A stretch of DNA of 63,998 bases, filler included, from Sphacelaria rigidula (taxonomy: Eukaryota), in NCBI GenBank assembly GCA_964200075.2. It is 3 parts of 3 records of this genome, joined end to end, with 100 filler letters (N's around TTAATTAATTAA, not from the genome) between each part and the next. Parts side by side here need not be neighbours in the genome. Positions count along the whole stretch, not along the records: positions 1 to 21,354 come from CAXNAA020000431.1; positions 21,455 to 42,801 come from CAXNAA020000432.1; 1 more part is not named here. The stretch is one strand, 5' to 3'. The notes beneath the pieces were generated by a model. It worked only from the letters and a program-made list of their open reading frames with translations. It did not search any database and was not told where the DNA came from. How positions within the stretch are numbered: the first letter of the stretch is position 1; every line of letters starts with the position of its first letter. This document shows positions 13,341 to 24,900 of the stretch, piece by piece. Both the position numbers and the translations under genes were made by a program.

Positions 13341-15004
13341 CAAGGTTGTGTTCTGTAAGGACGGGTACGTTCTGTAGGATATGAGATTCCTTACAGAACT
13401 TACAGAACTGTCGGGTACCAGTATGAAAGTCTCGAAGAAATTACGGGACTTGTCAGGTACGGTATGGGAGGCTTACAGAAAGCCGGAACCGGCAATCGGG
13501 TAACTCTTGTAGGGCATACCCGGCCCTCGGGTTAGGGTAAAGTTTTTGCACAGAACTCACAGAACTGTCGGGTAAGGGTATGGGAGGCTCACAGAACTCA
13601 CAGAAGCTGTCGGGTAGGGTATGGAGGTTACACAGAAAACCGTACCCGTAACCGTGTATCTTATCAAGGGCATACCCGTGCCCCCCGGTAACGGTACGGG
13701 AGGCCTACAGAACTCACAGAACTATCGGGTACGGGTATGAAGGTCTTACAGAGATTACAGAACTGTCGGGTACGGTGAATACCCGACAACATACCCCAGG
13801 TATACAGAAAAACCGTGCCCTACAAAACACGACCTTGTTATTATCATCACCCCTGTGGTGGGACCGACGTCACTACAACATTGGCGAAATGCAGATGATA
13901 GTTCATGAAAACTCTGAACGGCTTCACGGAGTTGATAGAGAAATACTACACGAACAATCGCAGTAGTACACGTGCACGGATCGTCAACATCTATCGGCTT
14001 CACGTACACTCCCAGAGAGTACATGAAGGAGCATTGGCGGCCGCCCGTTCGCTGGGAGCCCTTCGGCTTGCGACGAAATCGCCGACGGCCTTGACGACTT
14101 TCGGTTGCAGCTCATATTCTGTGCTGTACATGTCGATAACGGCCTGGGGTATGCTGACCACGACGCAACCACCATCAACGTCGATGACGTGCGTCTTGCT
14201 ACTTGATCCCCTGGTAGCGCAGATGAACCGTCCTCGCTCGGGCCATCGCTCGAGTCTGGGGTGATCCATTCTAATGGTCTGCAGTGCTGCTCATGTTTCG
14301 TGTTTCCACTCAGCGGTATCTCGTATCCTGTCAGATCCCAAACTAAAGAACTTTTCAATATTAATTATTGTTGGTGAGCAGTTTTGAATGAAGGAGTTGG
14401 GTGGGTTGATCGATGGGAGGTGCATGTTCAGGTGATGAGGTTGTGTTTGGATTGAACCTATATCCGTGCCTCCCCAAGGTATACACCTGTACTCATACCT
14501 GCAACCGGGTATATCTATAACGGTATACCCTAACCCCGGGTAGGGGTATGGGAGGCTTACAGAGCTCACAGAACTCTCGGGTGCCGGTACTGGATGAGTC
14601 TTACAGAAATTACAGAACTTGTCGGGTACGGCATGGGAGGCTTACAGGAAACTGCAACCGGAAATCGGGTATTCTTAAAGAGCATACCCGCGCTCCGGGT
14701 ACGGGTAAACATTCTGTACAGAACTCACAGAAACTGTCGGGTAGGGTATGGAGGTTGCATAGAAAACCGTGCCCGCAACCCGGTATCCTATCAAGAGCGT
14801 ACCCGTGCCCCCGGGTAACGGTATGGGAGTCGTAAAGAGATTACAGAACTATCGGATAAGGGGATGAAATTCTTACAGAGATGACAGAATTGTCGGGTAC
14901 CGATGTGAAAGTCTTACAGAAGTCACGGGACTGTCGGGTACGGTAAATACCCGGCAAAATATCCCGGGTATACAGAAAACCGTACCCTACAGAACACAGC
15001 CTTA
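13341..15004. mobile_element. composite non-autonomous hAT-like element with ACAGAACT/CGGGTA subterminal repeats
   Basis: Left TIR CAAGGTTGTGTTCTGTA, right end TACAGAACACAGCCTTA. Identical 8-bp flanks GAATATCC at 13333-13340 and 15005-15012. An additional internal right end lies at 13837. Confidence 0.75.
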
Positions 15005-15012
15005 GAATATCC

Positions 15013-17374
15013 CACACGTCGGACAGATCGGCTCCCTATAGCTCGAGCTAGCTCTTTTTGAGCGTAGCTACCTAGTGAGCTATGAGAGCTACATGAGCTA
15101 CGCATGTTTTCCCTGGGGTGAGCTATAAGAGCTGTATGAGCTACGCACGTTTACCGTACGTGAGCTACCAACCCGTAGCTCATCAGCTCAAATTCGTCCT
15201 GAGTGAGCTACAGGATCTGTATGAACTACGCATGTTTCCCGTACGTGAGCTATGACAGCTGCATGAGCTACGCATGTTTACCCTGGGTAAGCTACCAACC
15301 CGTAGCTCATCAGCTCATACTCGCTCTGGGTGAGCTATGAGAGCTGCATCAGCTACGCATGTTTGCCCCGGATGAGCTATTAGAGATGCATGAGCTACCC
15401 ATGTTTGTCCTGGATGAGCTATGAGAGATGCATCAGCTACACATATTTGCTCTGGATGAGCTATGAGAGCTAGGTGAGCTGCGAATATTTGCCCTGGATG
15501 AGCTACGAGAGCTATGAGAGCTAGAACTGCTTATCCCTTTGACCGCAAGCGTAGGAGATCTCTGGATCGGCATCATTCACATCCGAAAAATCAAGTGAAT
15601 TATGCTGATTCATTAGATCGCCAACCCTCGCGGTCAAAGGGCTAAGCCCTTGACGGCGAGCATTAGTCATCTGTTGAATCGGCCCCAATTTCACTTGAAA
15701 AACGTATGCATGACCAGATGGACTCGTACCCTCGCGGCCAACCGATCAAAAGAAATGAATCTGCCGATTATTGTAGACACTTGATATAAATACTTTTTTT
15801 AAGCATCCGACCAAGCGAGCGAGGATATGTGTTGGCTTCTCTTCTTCCTATCGCGAAGAGTGAGGCAAAACATCCACACGTCGGACAGATCAGCTCCCTA
15901 TAGTTCAAGCTATCTCTTTTTGAGCGTAGCTCCCTAGTGAACTATGAGAGCTACATGAGCTACGCATGTTTCCCCTGGGGTGATCTATGAGAGCTGTATG
16001 AGCTAGGCATGTCTACCGTACGTGAGCTACCAACCCGTAGCTCATCAGCTCAAATTCGTCCTGGATGAGCTATGGGAGCTGTATGAGCTACGCACATTTG
16101 TGATAGGTGAGCCATCAACCCGTAGCTCATCAGCTCAGATTTGTCCTGGGTGAGCTATGAGAGCGGCATGAGCGACGCATGTTTGCCCTGGATGAGCTAC
16201 CAACCCGTAGCTCATCAGCTCATATTCGCCCTGGGTCAGCTATGAGAGGTGCATCAGCTACACATGTTTGCCTCGGATGAGCTAGGAGAGATGAATGAGC
16301 TACACATGTTTGCCCTGGATGAGCTAGGAGAGGTGCATGAGCTACACATATTTGCCCTGGATGAGCTATAAGAAATGCATGAGCTACACATGTTTGCCCT
16401 GAATGAGCTATGAGAGCTATGAGAGCTACGATTGCCTATCCCTTTGACCGCGAGGGTAGGAGGTCTCTGGATCGGTATCATTCACACCCGAAAAATCAAG
16501 TGAATTATGCTGATTCATCAGATCGCCAACCCTCGCGGTCAAAGGGCTAACGCCTTGACGGCGAGCATAAACCATGTGTTGAATCGGCCCCAATTTCACT
16601 CGAAAAACGTATGCATAACTAGGTGGACTCGTACCCTCGCGGCCAACCGATCAAAAGAAATGAATCGGCCGATTATTGTAGACACTGAATACTAATACTT
16701 TTTTTAAGCATCCGACCAAGCGAACGAGGATGTGTTGGCTTCTTTTCTTCCTATTGCGAAGAGTGAGGTAAAACATCACAACCTAATGATATGTGGCATT
16801 ATCCGTTCGAACAGGAATGTTGCATCATAAGCGACATGGGGTTGGCCAGCGGCGAGCTAGGCATATGACGTGAGTGAGCCACGACCATGTGTACCTGGGG
16901 TGAGCTACAACAGTTGCGTGAGCAACACATGTTTGCCCTGGGTGAGCTATCGAGCGTAATTCGTCCGCATATGTTTTCCCTGGGTGGGCTATCAACCCGT
17001 AGCTCATCAGCTCATATTCGCCCTGAGTGAGCTATGGGATCTGTATGACCTACGCATGTTTACCGTACGTGAGCTACCAACCCGTAACTCATCAGCTCAC
17101 ATTCGTCCTGAGTAAGCTATGACAGCTGCATGAGCTACGCATGTTTGCCCTGGGTGAGCTACCAACCCGTAGCTCATCAGGTCATATTCGCCCTGGGTGA
17201 GCTATGACAGCTGCATGAGCTACGCATGTTTGTCCTGGGTGCGCTACCAACTCGTAGCCCATCAGCGCACGTTTACCTTTTGTTGAGCTATCGGACGTAG
17301 CTCACATGTACATATTTGACTACAAGTGAGCTACCGCCCGCAGATGAGCTAGCTCATGAGCTGTCCGACGAGTG
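15013..17374. mobile_element. non-autonomous hAT-like element with AGCT-rich subterminal repeats
   Basis: TIR CACACGTCGGACAG...CTGTCCGACGAGTG with flanks GAATATCC / GAATATTC. The left ~870 bp is tandemly duplicated (second left TIR at 15875). The same TIR occurs with a perfect 8-bp TSD at 51441-51697. Confidence 0.8.
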
Positions 17375-17384
17375 GAATATTCCG

Positions 17385-17581
17385 CTTCTCGAGTTTTTGC
17401 AGAAACTTCAAATCGCTCTCTCTTTCCGTTGTTTTTTTCGTGGCATCCCGCATGATGTCGTGCGTATTAATGGTCAAAATGTCGTGTCAATATTTCAGCG
17501 CCCACTTTCCCGAATTACCCAGAGCTGTGCCCGGAAAAATGAAAAAATCACCGTCAGCTCAAGGTCAGCTGGCCCAGTTCG
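17385..17581 (+). mobile_element. right-end fragment of the CGAGCTGGGCCAGC-TIR family
   Basis: Similar to 12530-12724 and ends CAGCTGGCCCAGTTCG|TA. Confidence 0.65.
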
Positions 17582-18164
17582 TAGATACTCGTAGTGCATG
17601 ACCACAGCCCTTGACGGACGATTTTTCGGAACAGTTTAAATAACACAGTCAAGTACCTTTTAACCCACGTTCTTCCACGTGTAGAGCCACTCGTCTCTGA
17701 CCGCAGAGAGCTGTTCCATGATCTTATGTAGATGATCAGTGGTATACGTATTGTGAAATCGCACAGCATGAATAGACGTGACTGCGACCAGCAGCTGACA
17801 ATGCAACACATGCTTACCTGAAGGCTCCTGTATTCCTCCGCACAGGCAGCACACCCTTCCTCGACGTTTCCTGAAGGAACCGGCCCCCGCTATACTTCTT
17901 GAAGCTGCGGTGAGCGATTTTGTTGTCTAGTCTCGAAGTAATGTCCTGCCCTCTTACCTATCCCAAGCCAAATGAACCGTAGTGGGGGGGGGGAATGGGA
18001 ATGGCCAACCTAGCTGCGGGCTTCACGGTCGGGTAAAAATGAGGTTTGTCATAATCCAAACCCATGCCAGACACAAGCAGTACAGCAGTAGAAGACAGTG
18101 CAGTGCAGCACCAATTGCCGGACAGCACGGAAAACCTAGTCAGCACCTACAGAAAACACAACCT

Positions 18165-18936
18165 ATGGATGTGACGGCGCTTATCGACGCTTTGCATCAA
18201 GATGCTATCGATCAGCGTGCTGTGGCAGACCATCTGGTGAATTTAGCCAAGGTGCGCTTTTCTCTGTTACGGACAGACACACCTTCATGAAAACGAAAAC
18301 TTCCGCAATGCCCTCTTCCTGTTAATATCACATGTAGGTTCAACATATGCGCAATGAACATCCTCGTCAGTTCAGCCTACAACTACTACTTTGATGTTCG
18401 TCCTCGATCAGCTTCTGAAGAGAGCATAAAAAAATGTGAGGCTGTGTGTGTTGTACTGCAGTTCCTCAAGCCCCGATGGCGCGCTGATGTTTGCGTCGAC
18501 TCTTTCAAAGATTTTGAAAACAGTGTTCTGTATCCTACTGCAATCTCAACAGAAGCTCAAGACTGCAATGTCGGCAGTGTCTGCTTCAGAGCGTCCAACT
18601 TCTGGTGCAGCTGCTGGTGCCTTGACTCCACCTTCTGAAACGAGTATAGCCCAAGAAGACGGCAAAGACGACGTCGGAGTGGATCAGCAATCTCGAGGAG
18701 ATCATGTGCAGGACGATGAACTACGGCTCAGGCAGGCAAAGCCTGTCGGTGATGCAGGAAAGGAAACACAGTCAGGAGAGGCAGGTGTGAATAAGCCGGT
18801 ACTCGGAGGTAACATCAAATCCAAGCTAAAACCTGGAGGAGGCCTGCTACTGGAGCTGATACGCGGGTTCCGAGCGGGAATGTTGAGAGTGGACAGTAAC
18901 CTCAGGGCTGCAATGTTCAGAGCTTTGCGTTACCTG
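18165..18936 (+). CDS. RICTOR-like (TORC2 subunit) gene, 5' part, 2 exons
   Basis: Exon 18165-18251 (MDVTALIDALHQ...DHLVNLAK|GT) and exon 18553-18936 (AG|KLKTAM...GMLRVDSNLRAAMFRALRYL|GTGAGT) join in frame. HLVNLAK and LRAAMFRALRYL resemble, in the right order, the RICTOR N-terminal motifs HLNNFTK and VRAAGLRALRYL. No further exons seen before the contig end. Confidence 0.6.
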
Positions 18937-19084
18937 GTGAGTGTGTACTCGGGGGGCGAAAACGTTCAACCAATTGCGTCTCTCGTGTTCAACGATGGTT
19001 GACCCGGACCGCTGGTTGGACGTTAAACGGACAGGCGTTTTTTGCAGGTTCGGCTCTGAGTTTTTCTTGAATGTTTCCGGACCC

Positions 19085-19641
19085 GGCTGTGGGTAATTCG
19101 AGGAGTTAGGCGCTGAATTTTGACACGACACTTTTATCATAAACATGCGCACCATGTTGAGGAATGCCAAGAAGAAGAAAAAAAACAGAAGGTTAGAGCA
19201 ATTAGAAGTTTCAGCGAAAGCCAGGAAAATGCTAAAACTCCGTGAATAAATAGAAATACGGCGGTATCCCCTCGCATGTTGTGCGTACTGGCGTGTAGGA
19301 GATCGTGGTGAATTTCGGCCAAAAATTCTCAAAATTGGGCGCAGCCGGGCACTTTTTGTGTGACACCGCTGCGCCCATTTCATCCAAGTGATACAGGAGA
19401 CTCCAGTTGTGGAGCTCACGAGTTCAAATCCCGACATGAGCTCTTTTTTTCGTTCCGTCGTTAAGGTCATACATTATGCAGTACATTTTTTTTCATTTTT
19501 TTCTTCATTCAGCGGCGGTGCCGTGCGTTACCAGGTTGGTCTGCACTTCACAGCGATATGCTCTCAAATCGGACTGCTTTGGTAAACTTGACGAGTTGTG
19601 GTGTGAAATGCAAATGCGGGATTTACTGCTGGCCCAGCTCG
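19085..19641 (-). mobile_element. inverted copy of the CGAGCTGGGCCAGC-TIR family, in RICTOR-like intron 2
   Basis: Reverse complement of the 10823-11270 and 12124-12724 copies. Ends GCTGGCCCAGCTCG|TA. Confidence 0.75.
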
Positions 19642-20129
19642 TAGTGTTCTGGATATTGTTGCCTGCACCATAGTGAGGTGCCTGATTGTATCCTGAATTT
19701 CAAATATTTGGGGAGCAGCAGGAAAGCCGTCTGGTTGTATTATGAACGTATATTTTGGCTGTTCATTTTTTCCAAAAAATACGTCGAGCTGCTCTACGGA
19801 AGATTGAAGGATTTTGAGTGCGGTTTATCGTCGCATCGGATATTTAGTTAGTGACGTGTCAAATGTATAGTGTCAACGATTCAGTTCGTTGAACTCAGTT
19901 GATACGACCCTGCTATATCTGAGTCCAACGTATGCAGGAGAAGTCGTACCGCGAATCCCGATCAAGCAAAAAAACAGGTTTTCACACTACTAAGGATCCC
20001 ACACCTCCCTCTTTCACGATCACGAATCCACTTAGTGCAGTACAGTGTTCCGGGGAACGCAGGGTATCGCCTGCGGAAAGTGCTTAATACCTTCAGATAC
20101 GTCGGAGAATCACTCACCGAAAGACCCGG

Positions 20130-20355
20130 TATGATTGATGATTGATCGATTGTCGCACGTTAACTGGCCCCCCAAGGGTCCAGCCGTGGACTCATGATGA
20201 ACGCACCCAAGTAAACGAAACTGAAACACGCTCTGAAGAAAAGAAGGAACAGAAAAAAAAAAGTCGAACAGAACGACATAGCAAACTAAGTCGTAACAAA
20301 AAAAAAGTAATAAAAACAGTAATGAAAGAAAGCCAACACATGTATGTCACTGGGA
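20130..20355 (-). mobile_element. non-LTR retroelement 3' end with (CAAT)n tail
   Basis: ATTGATTGATCGATTGTCGCAC...CCAGCCGTGG...CATGATGAACG, homologous to 7850-8030. Confidence 0.6.
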
Positions 20356-20359
20356 ATGC

Positions 20360-20700
20360 TTGGTAGGTATACTGAGTGTACCACGGGTACCCAAGGTACG
20401 GTCCGCCGAAAACTGAGCGTTCGAGGGTATGCAGGGTACTGACTTCTGGAAATGTTCAAGGGTATCCAAGGTATGCGAGGTATCAACGCTGGAAAGACTG
20501 ATTCCCTGGTACGTATGGCCGGAAGTACTGAGTATCCCAGGGTAACTCGGGTACCCGCCCTTTCAAGTGCCCGTTTTGGTATCAGGAGCGCATGTACTCA
20601 GTACTCCGGGTTCCCAGGGTATCAACTGCCCGGAGTACTCAGTATTCCAGGGTATCCAGGGTACGGACTGTCGAAAGACCCTGCTTTATGCCCTACCCTG
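20360..20700. repeat. degenerate tandem repeats (AGTACTC / CCAGGGTATC) ending in a hAT-like terminus
   Basis: Repeated CCAGGGTAT and GAGTA(C/T)TC motifs. The end GCCCTACCCTG reads CAGGG... on the minus strand. Confidence 0.55.
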
Positions 20701-21354
20701 CGCTAAGAACTTTCGACAATCTTGGTTGGGATGCAAACAAGTCCCCGACCAAATTTAGTACAGAGAGTAAGGTGCTGTAGTACAGACATACGTGTACCGT
20801 AGAGTCAGTATACTATCGACAGTTTACAGGTTATCATATGGATTTTTCACACGAGCCGAGCTTTTGGACTCCAAGCTTTTGCGGCAATCAAACTATGATA
20901 ATGACGGTCTTATTTCACGTCAGACCGAACTACCTGTGCGGTGTCCTCCAGATCTACACCACAGATACCGCACTATCGCACACTGTCCATCCTGAAAAGG
21001 GTAGTTGGATCTGTGGGATCAAGTGTCATGTGGTTACCGCAGATATATCTGTTGGCCGTTAAGTGTTGTTGCGAAGCTGTTATAGGATCATCTCCAGAAT
21101 TTTCCCTGTGCACGAGCCCAAAGAAAAAACGAGCAGTATATTTGGAGAATAACGCTCCCGTAGTATATTTTCGATCAGATATCTAAAATATAAATGTAGC
21201 TCCCATATGGCAGAAATGGAGGTGGTCATGAGCTCCGCCGGGCGCGAAATTTTCTTCGAAGATTGTTGAACAAATAGAGTTGTCAGCGTCAGAAGTATGC
21301 AGAGTCCGTAATTTCTTAGTTTCTCAAAGATTGTCCAAATTTGTTTTGCTTGCC

Positions 21355-21454
21355 NNNNNNNNNNNNNNNNNNNNNNNNNNNNNNNNNNNNNNNNNNNNTT
21401 AATTAATTAANNNNNNNNNNNNNNNNNNNNNNNNNNNNNNNNNNNNNNNNNNNN
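21355..21454. other. artificial contig spacer
   Basis: N44-TTAATTAATTAA-N44, with stop codons in all six frames. Confidence 0.97.
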
Positions 21455-21912
21455 ACGCTCCTTTGTATCAAAAGTGTGCGTGCCAGCTGTCGACAGCGGT
21501 GTCAACTGCCTCCGCGCACACAATGTTAATGTGACAAAAACAATTAAAGCAATACAAATTTGCTGTCGCTTATTTTCCCATTGAATCGATGCTGACTACT
21601 GAATTTGAACCACGCGCAATGAAGCCGTTTTGATATGTGGTGTAATGTTTGTGGTGCACCGTATCGCATGCTGTTTGGGGCATCCAAGCTATCCTTCAGA
21701 TAATGTTGCGATCTTTCCATTTGAGTGGCCATTCCGTTCTACTTCTCCGAAGAGGTGTTAGGATTTACAGTACGTTGAATTTCACCGAGAGCGCCGCACA
21801 TGCGACGCATCTTTCTCCGCTATACATTTGCTGATGCAATTGTCATATTTCAGTAGAGTAGCCACTACTCACGCCCCAATCTCAGCGCTAGCTCACTTCA
21901 TTCGCCTGGCAG

Positions 21913-24900
21913 GTGGACCGGCTTCGTACAACCTGCCTTCTCCCAACAGTACACCTTTGTGGTCGAAGCCAACGACGGAGCTCGCCTGTGGATCGACGAG
22001 AAGCTTATGTTTGACAATTTCGACGAGGTGAAGCCCAACTCACGGCAAAATTCATGCCATGTAACATGCACTTCATATCTGATTTCGCTCGTGCTTGGTG
22101 ACCCAGTAGTCTTTCATCGGAGACCATGTAGAGCAATATACTGCTCATTTTTGTGCGCCGAGATAGGTGTCGTCCGGCATCGCTATTTTCTCATTATGAC
22201 CCCAACAGTTTCAGCTCGTGCACAAACAACGGACCTTGACCCAGTTATGGAGCATACTGATATTCACTGATTGTACGTTTCAGACCAGCTTATTTTCATC
22301 AACCACCTACCTCACTGCCCCATGATTAACAGAGACCTGTCAGACCTACCAGATGGATGGTAAATGCGGTAAAGCTGGTAATGTATACTTTTATAAGATG
22401 CGGTAATTATTGTGATTTGAACAACCTCCGGCAGGACCTCGGAGACAACGACACCGGTCTGATCTCCACCTTTACCGGTGAAACCGAAGAGGAACTCATT
22501 TCCGGAAGACTTTATTCCATCACCATAGAATTTCGGGAGAACTACGGTGCTGCTGAGGCTAGACTAATGTGGCGATCGGAAGGTCAACCCCTAGAGGTGA
22601 GCCCACGCAAGCACTACATGATTGGGAACTCGGATGTCGGCCATGGTGGATACCGTCCCCACCTTAGTACACTGGATGGTGCTACGTATTCAATATCATG
22701 ACGGCAGAGAATTTTACGGGATATGTAAATATGTTCATATATGTTGATGGGTGAGGGAGGCACGCGGATACCGTTGGAATCTCATGCTTGGTAACGCCTT
22801 GATGCAGGCAGGCTAAGGTGCACACGCGTTCCGCGTGTTTCAACAATATAAGTCACGTGTTGCTACACAGTGCCACAAGTATGCGGTAGTGCTCAGGCCC
22901 GAGACAGGCGCCAATGCGGCGACTCAGAAATGTTTATTTTGAATGCTTGTTCTCCATCACTTGTAGATAAGGACTGCACTCGACCAAAAAACGGAATACC
23001 TCGCGCGGTCTCCACCGCACGACGCGATAATATATCACGCAACGATTAATATACCCCCCCCGTGCGTTCGGTACATTTCCCTTCTGACTTGTACATCCGT
23101 CTAGGTGGTGCCGTCTAACCGTCTATTCCACGGATCAGACCCCGTAGCCTCTTCGCCACATACTGTGACAGTCGAGCCTCACAAGCCGTCTCAACCACAA
23201 GAGGTTTCGTTGAGTGTCACAGCATGGAACCAGGTCACCGTTTCCTTCATACCCCCGGAAAATGACGGTGGCGAGGCAATCGAGGGGTACATGGTTGAGT
23301 GGTGGCCTGCTACGGAAATGGATGGATATGGCAGCGCCGAGGTGCAGACGTTGAAAATCGGCAACGGTATTGACGGTAAGTCAAGTAAAACGCAGAAAGA
23401 TTTTTAGTATGGTCCTCCTGTAAGTATTTCAGCAGAGAACACACGGACACAGGATATCATTAAGACCACATGAATCATACTCTCTGCGAAACTGACCATC
23501 CGGTGCCTGCCGGCCGACTCTCATTTCTGAATATGTCAGTAGTTGACTGAAGCATTGCCATTTTTGGACTTTGTGGATGCGAAATATTGCCGACTTTGAC
23601 TAATCATGTTGGAATCCGTTACACTTCAAGGTTAAAAAAGTCACCGCGATGATTATCGCAGTCTATCATGCACGTAATGCGTGACCCGCACTTTGTACTA
23701 GGCACGCCGTGCCTGAGCCAGTTTAACCCTACACAACCCTGTTTTAAGTGCGTTCATGTATCGATATCCACGAAAACTATCAACGCTTGATAAGACAAAC
23801 CAAGGGAGCAATATGCCCAGTAAAAGCAGATAAAACCCACGCCGGTGAAGGGAAGATTTGTTCTGAAGAACATGATCTTTGAGGCGCCAGCTGAGTGATA
23901 TAGGCTGTTTTCCCTGCATATCGTAGTTGTTACGTTCCGTCTTATTGTGCCACACTGTTTCATATTACCGGGTCAAACATTGGAATTAGCACGCAAAAAT
24001 ACCAAGTGGGAACAACATTTGGCAATAAGAGTATGGAGAGCCACCCATTTCCAGTTTGTCTTTTCGTTGTACTTGAAATCCCTTTTCCCTCCCAGGACTA
24101 GTCCGGACTCTGGGGGAGGTATCACATATCTCCACCGATACTTACCCTACACTCCCGCAGCCCATCAACGTTCGTCGACATATTTGTGTGTGTGTGTGAA
24201 TGCCACGGCTATATGTTGTTCAGTAGGTATAGGAGATCGATGTCATAGCATGAACACATGGTCAAGACATTCTTGTGAAACACCGTTCCACCAGTGTACG
24301 GCTTGACATACATAATACATACTGTACATACATACATACAGTACATAGATATATGCATATATCTTGTAAGCTCACGCTGCCGTGTTTCCGGACGATGGTA
24401 CGTATAAGTTGGTCCTGCCTTGGAGTTGGAACCATCTCTATTTGTATCCGTCTAGAGTAGGATGGGCGTGCCAGCGTGATCATACTTGGGTGACAGTACT
24501 GGACTTGCACATGGTAACTTAAATTTCTTCCTGGCAGAGTATCTTTTGTAGAGCCACCGGCTGAACTCTTGGTTTTTGCCTGATATCGAATGCGGGCCAG
24601 ACGAAGCTCTATGAGGTCGCACTCAAAGCTGACAGCAGTGAGGCCCGAATCTCGCGAGAGCTCTCATCTCCGCAACGACTCTACCCTTCGTTGTGCATCA
24701 AGCTCTCTGTCATGACGTTATGATGGGAACAACTGCAGCTACTGCTACCGTGTTCTAGTGTATAGAAGCAGTCTGGTGCTCCGTGTGCGTTACAGCCGGG
24801 GTTGGCACAGTGGCTCAAGAAATGATTGTGGTTTAAGAACGGCCATACCACGTCGATAGCATCACATCCCGTCGGCTCTGTGAAGGTATGCCGGTTGTTA

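Noticed and set aside
11700..17374. Regularly spaced short repeats that resemble CRISPR arrays
   Set aside because: The units are degenerate, the intervening sequences are similar to each other rather than unique spacers, no cas genes are present, and most arrays are subterminal repeats of TIR elements in a eukaryotic genome.
21399..21410. TTAATTAATTAA palindrome inside N runs (also at 42846-42857)
   Set aside because: Assembly linker, not biological.
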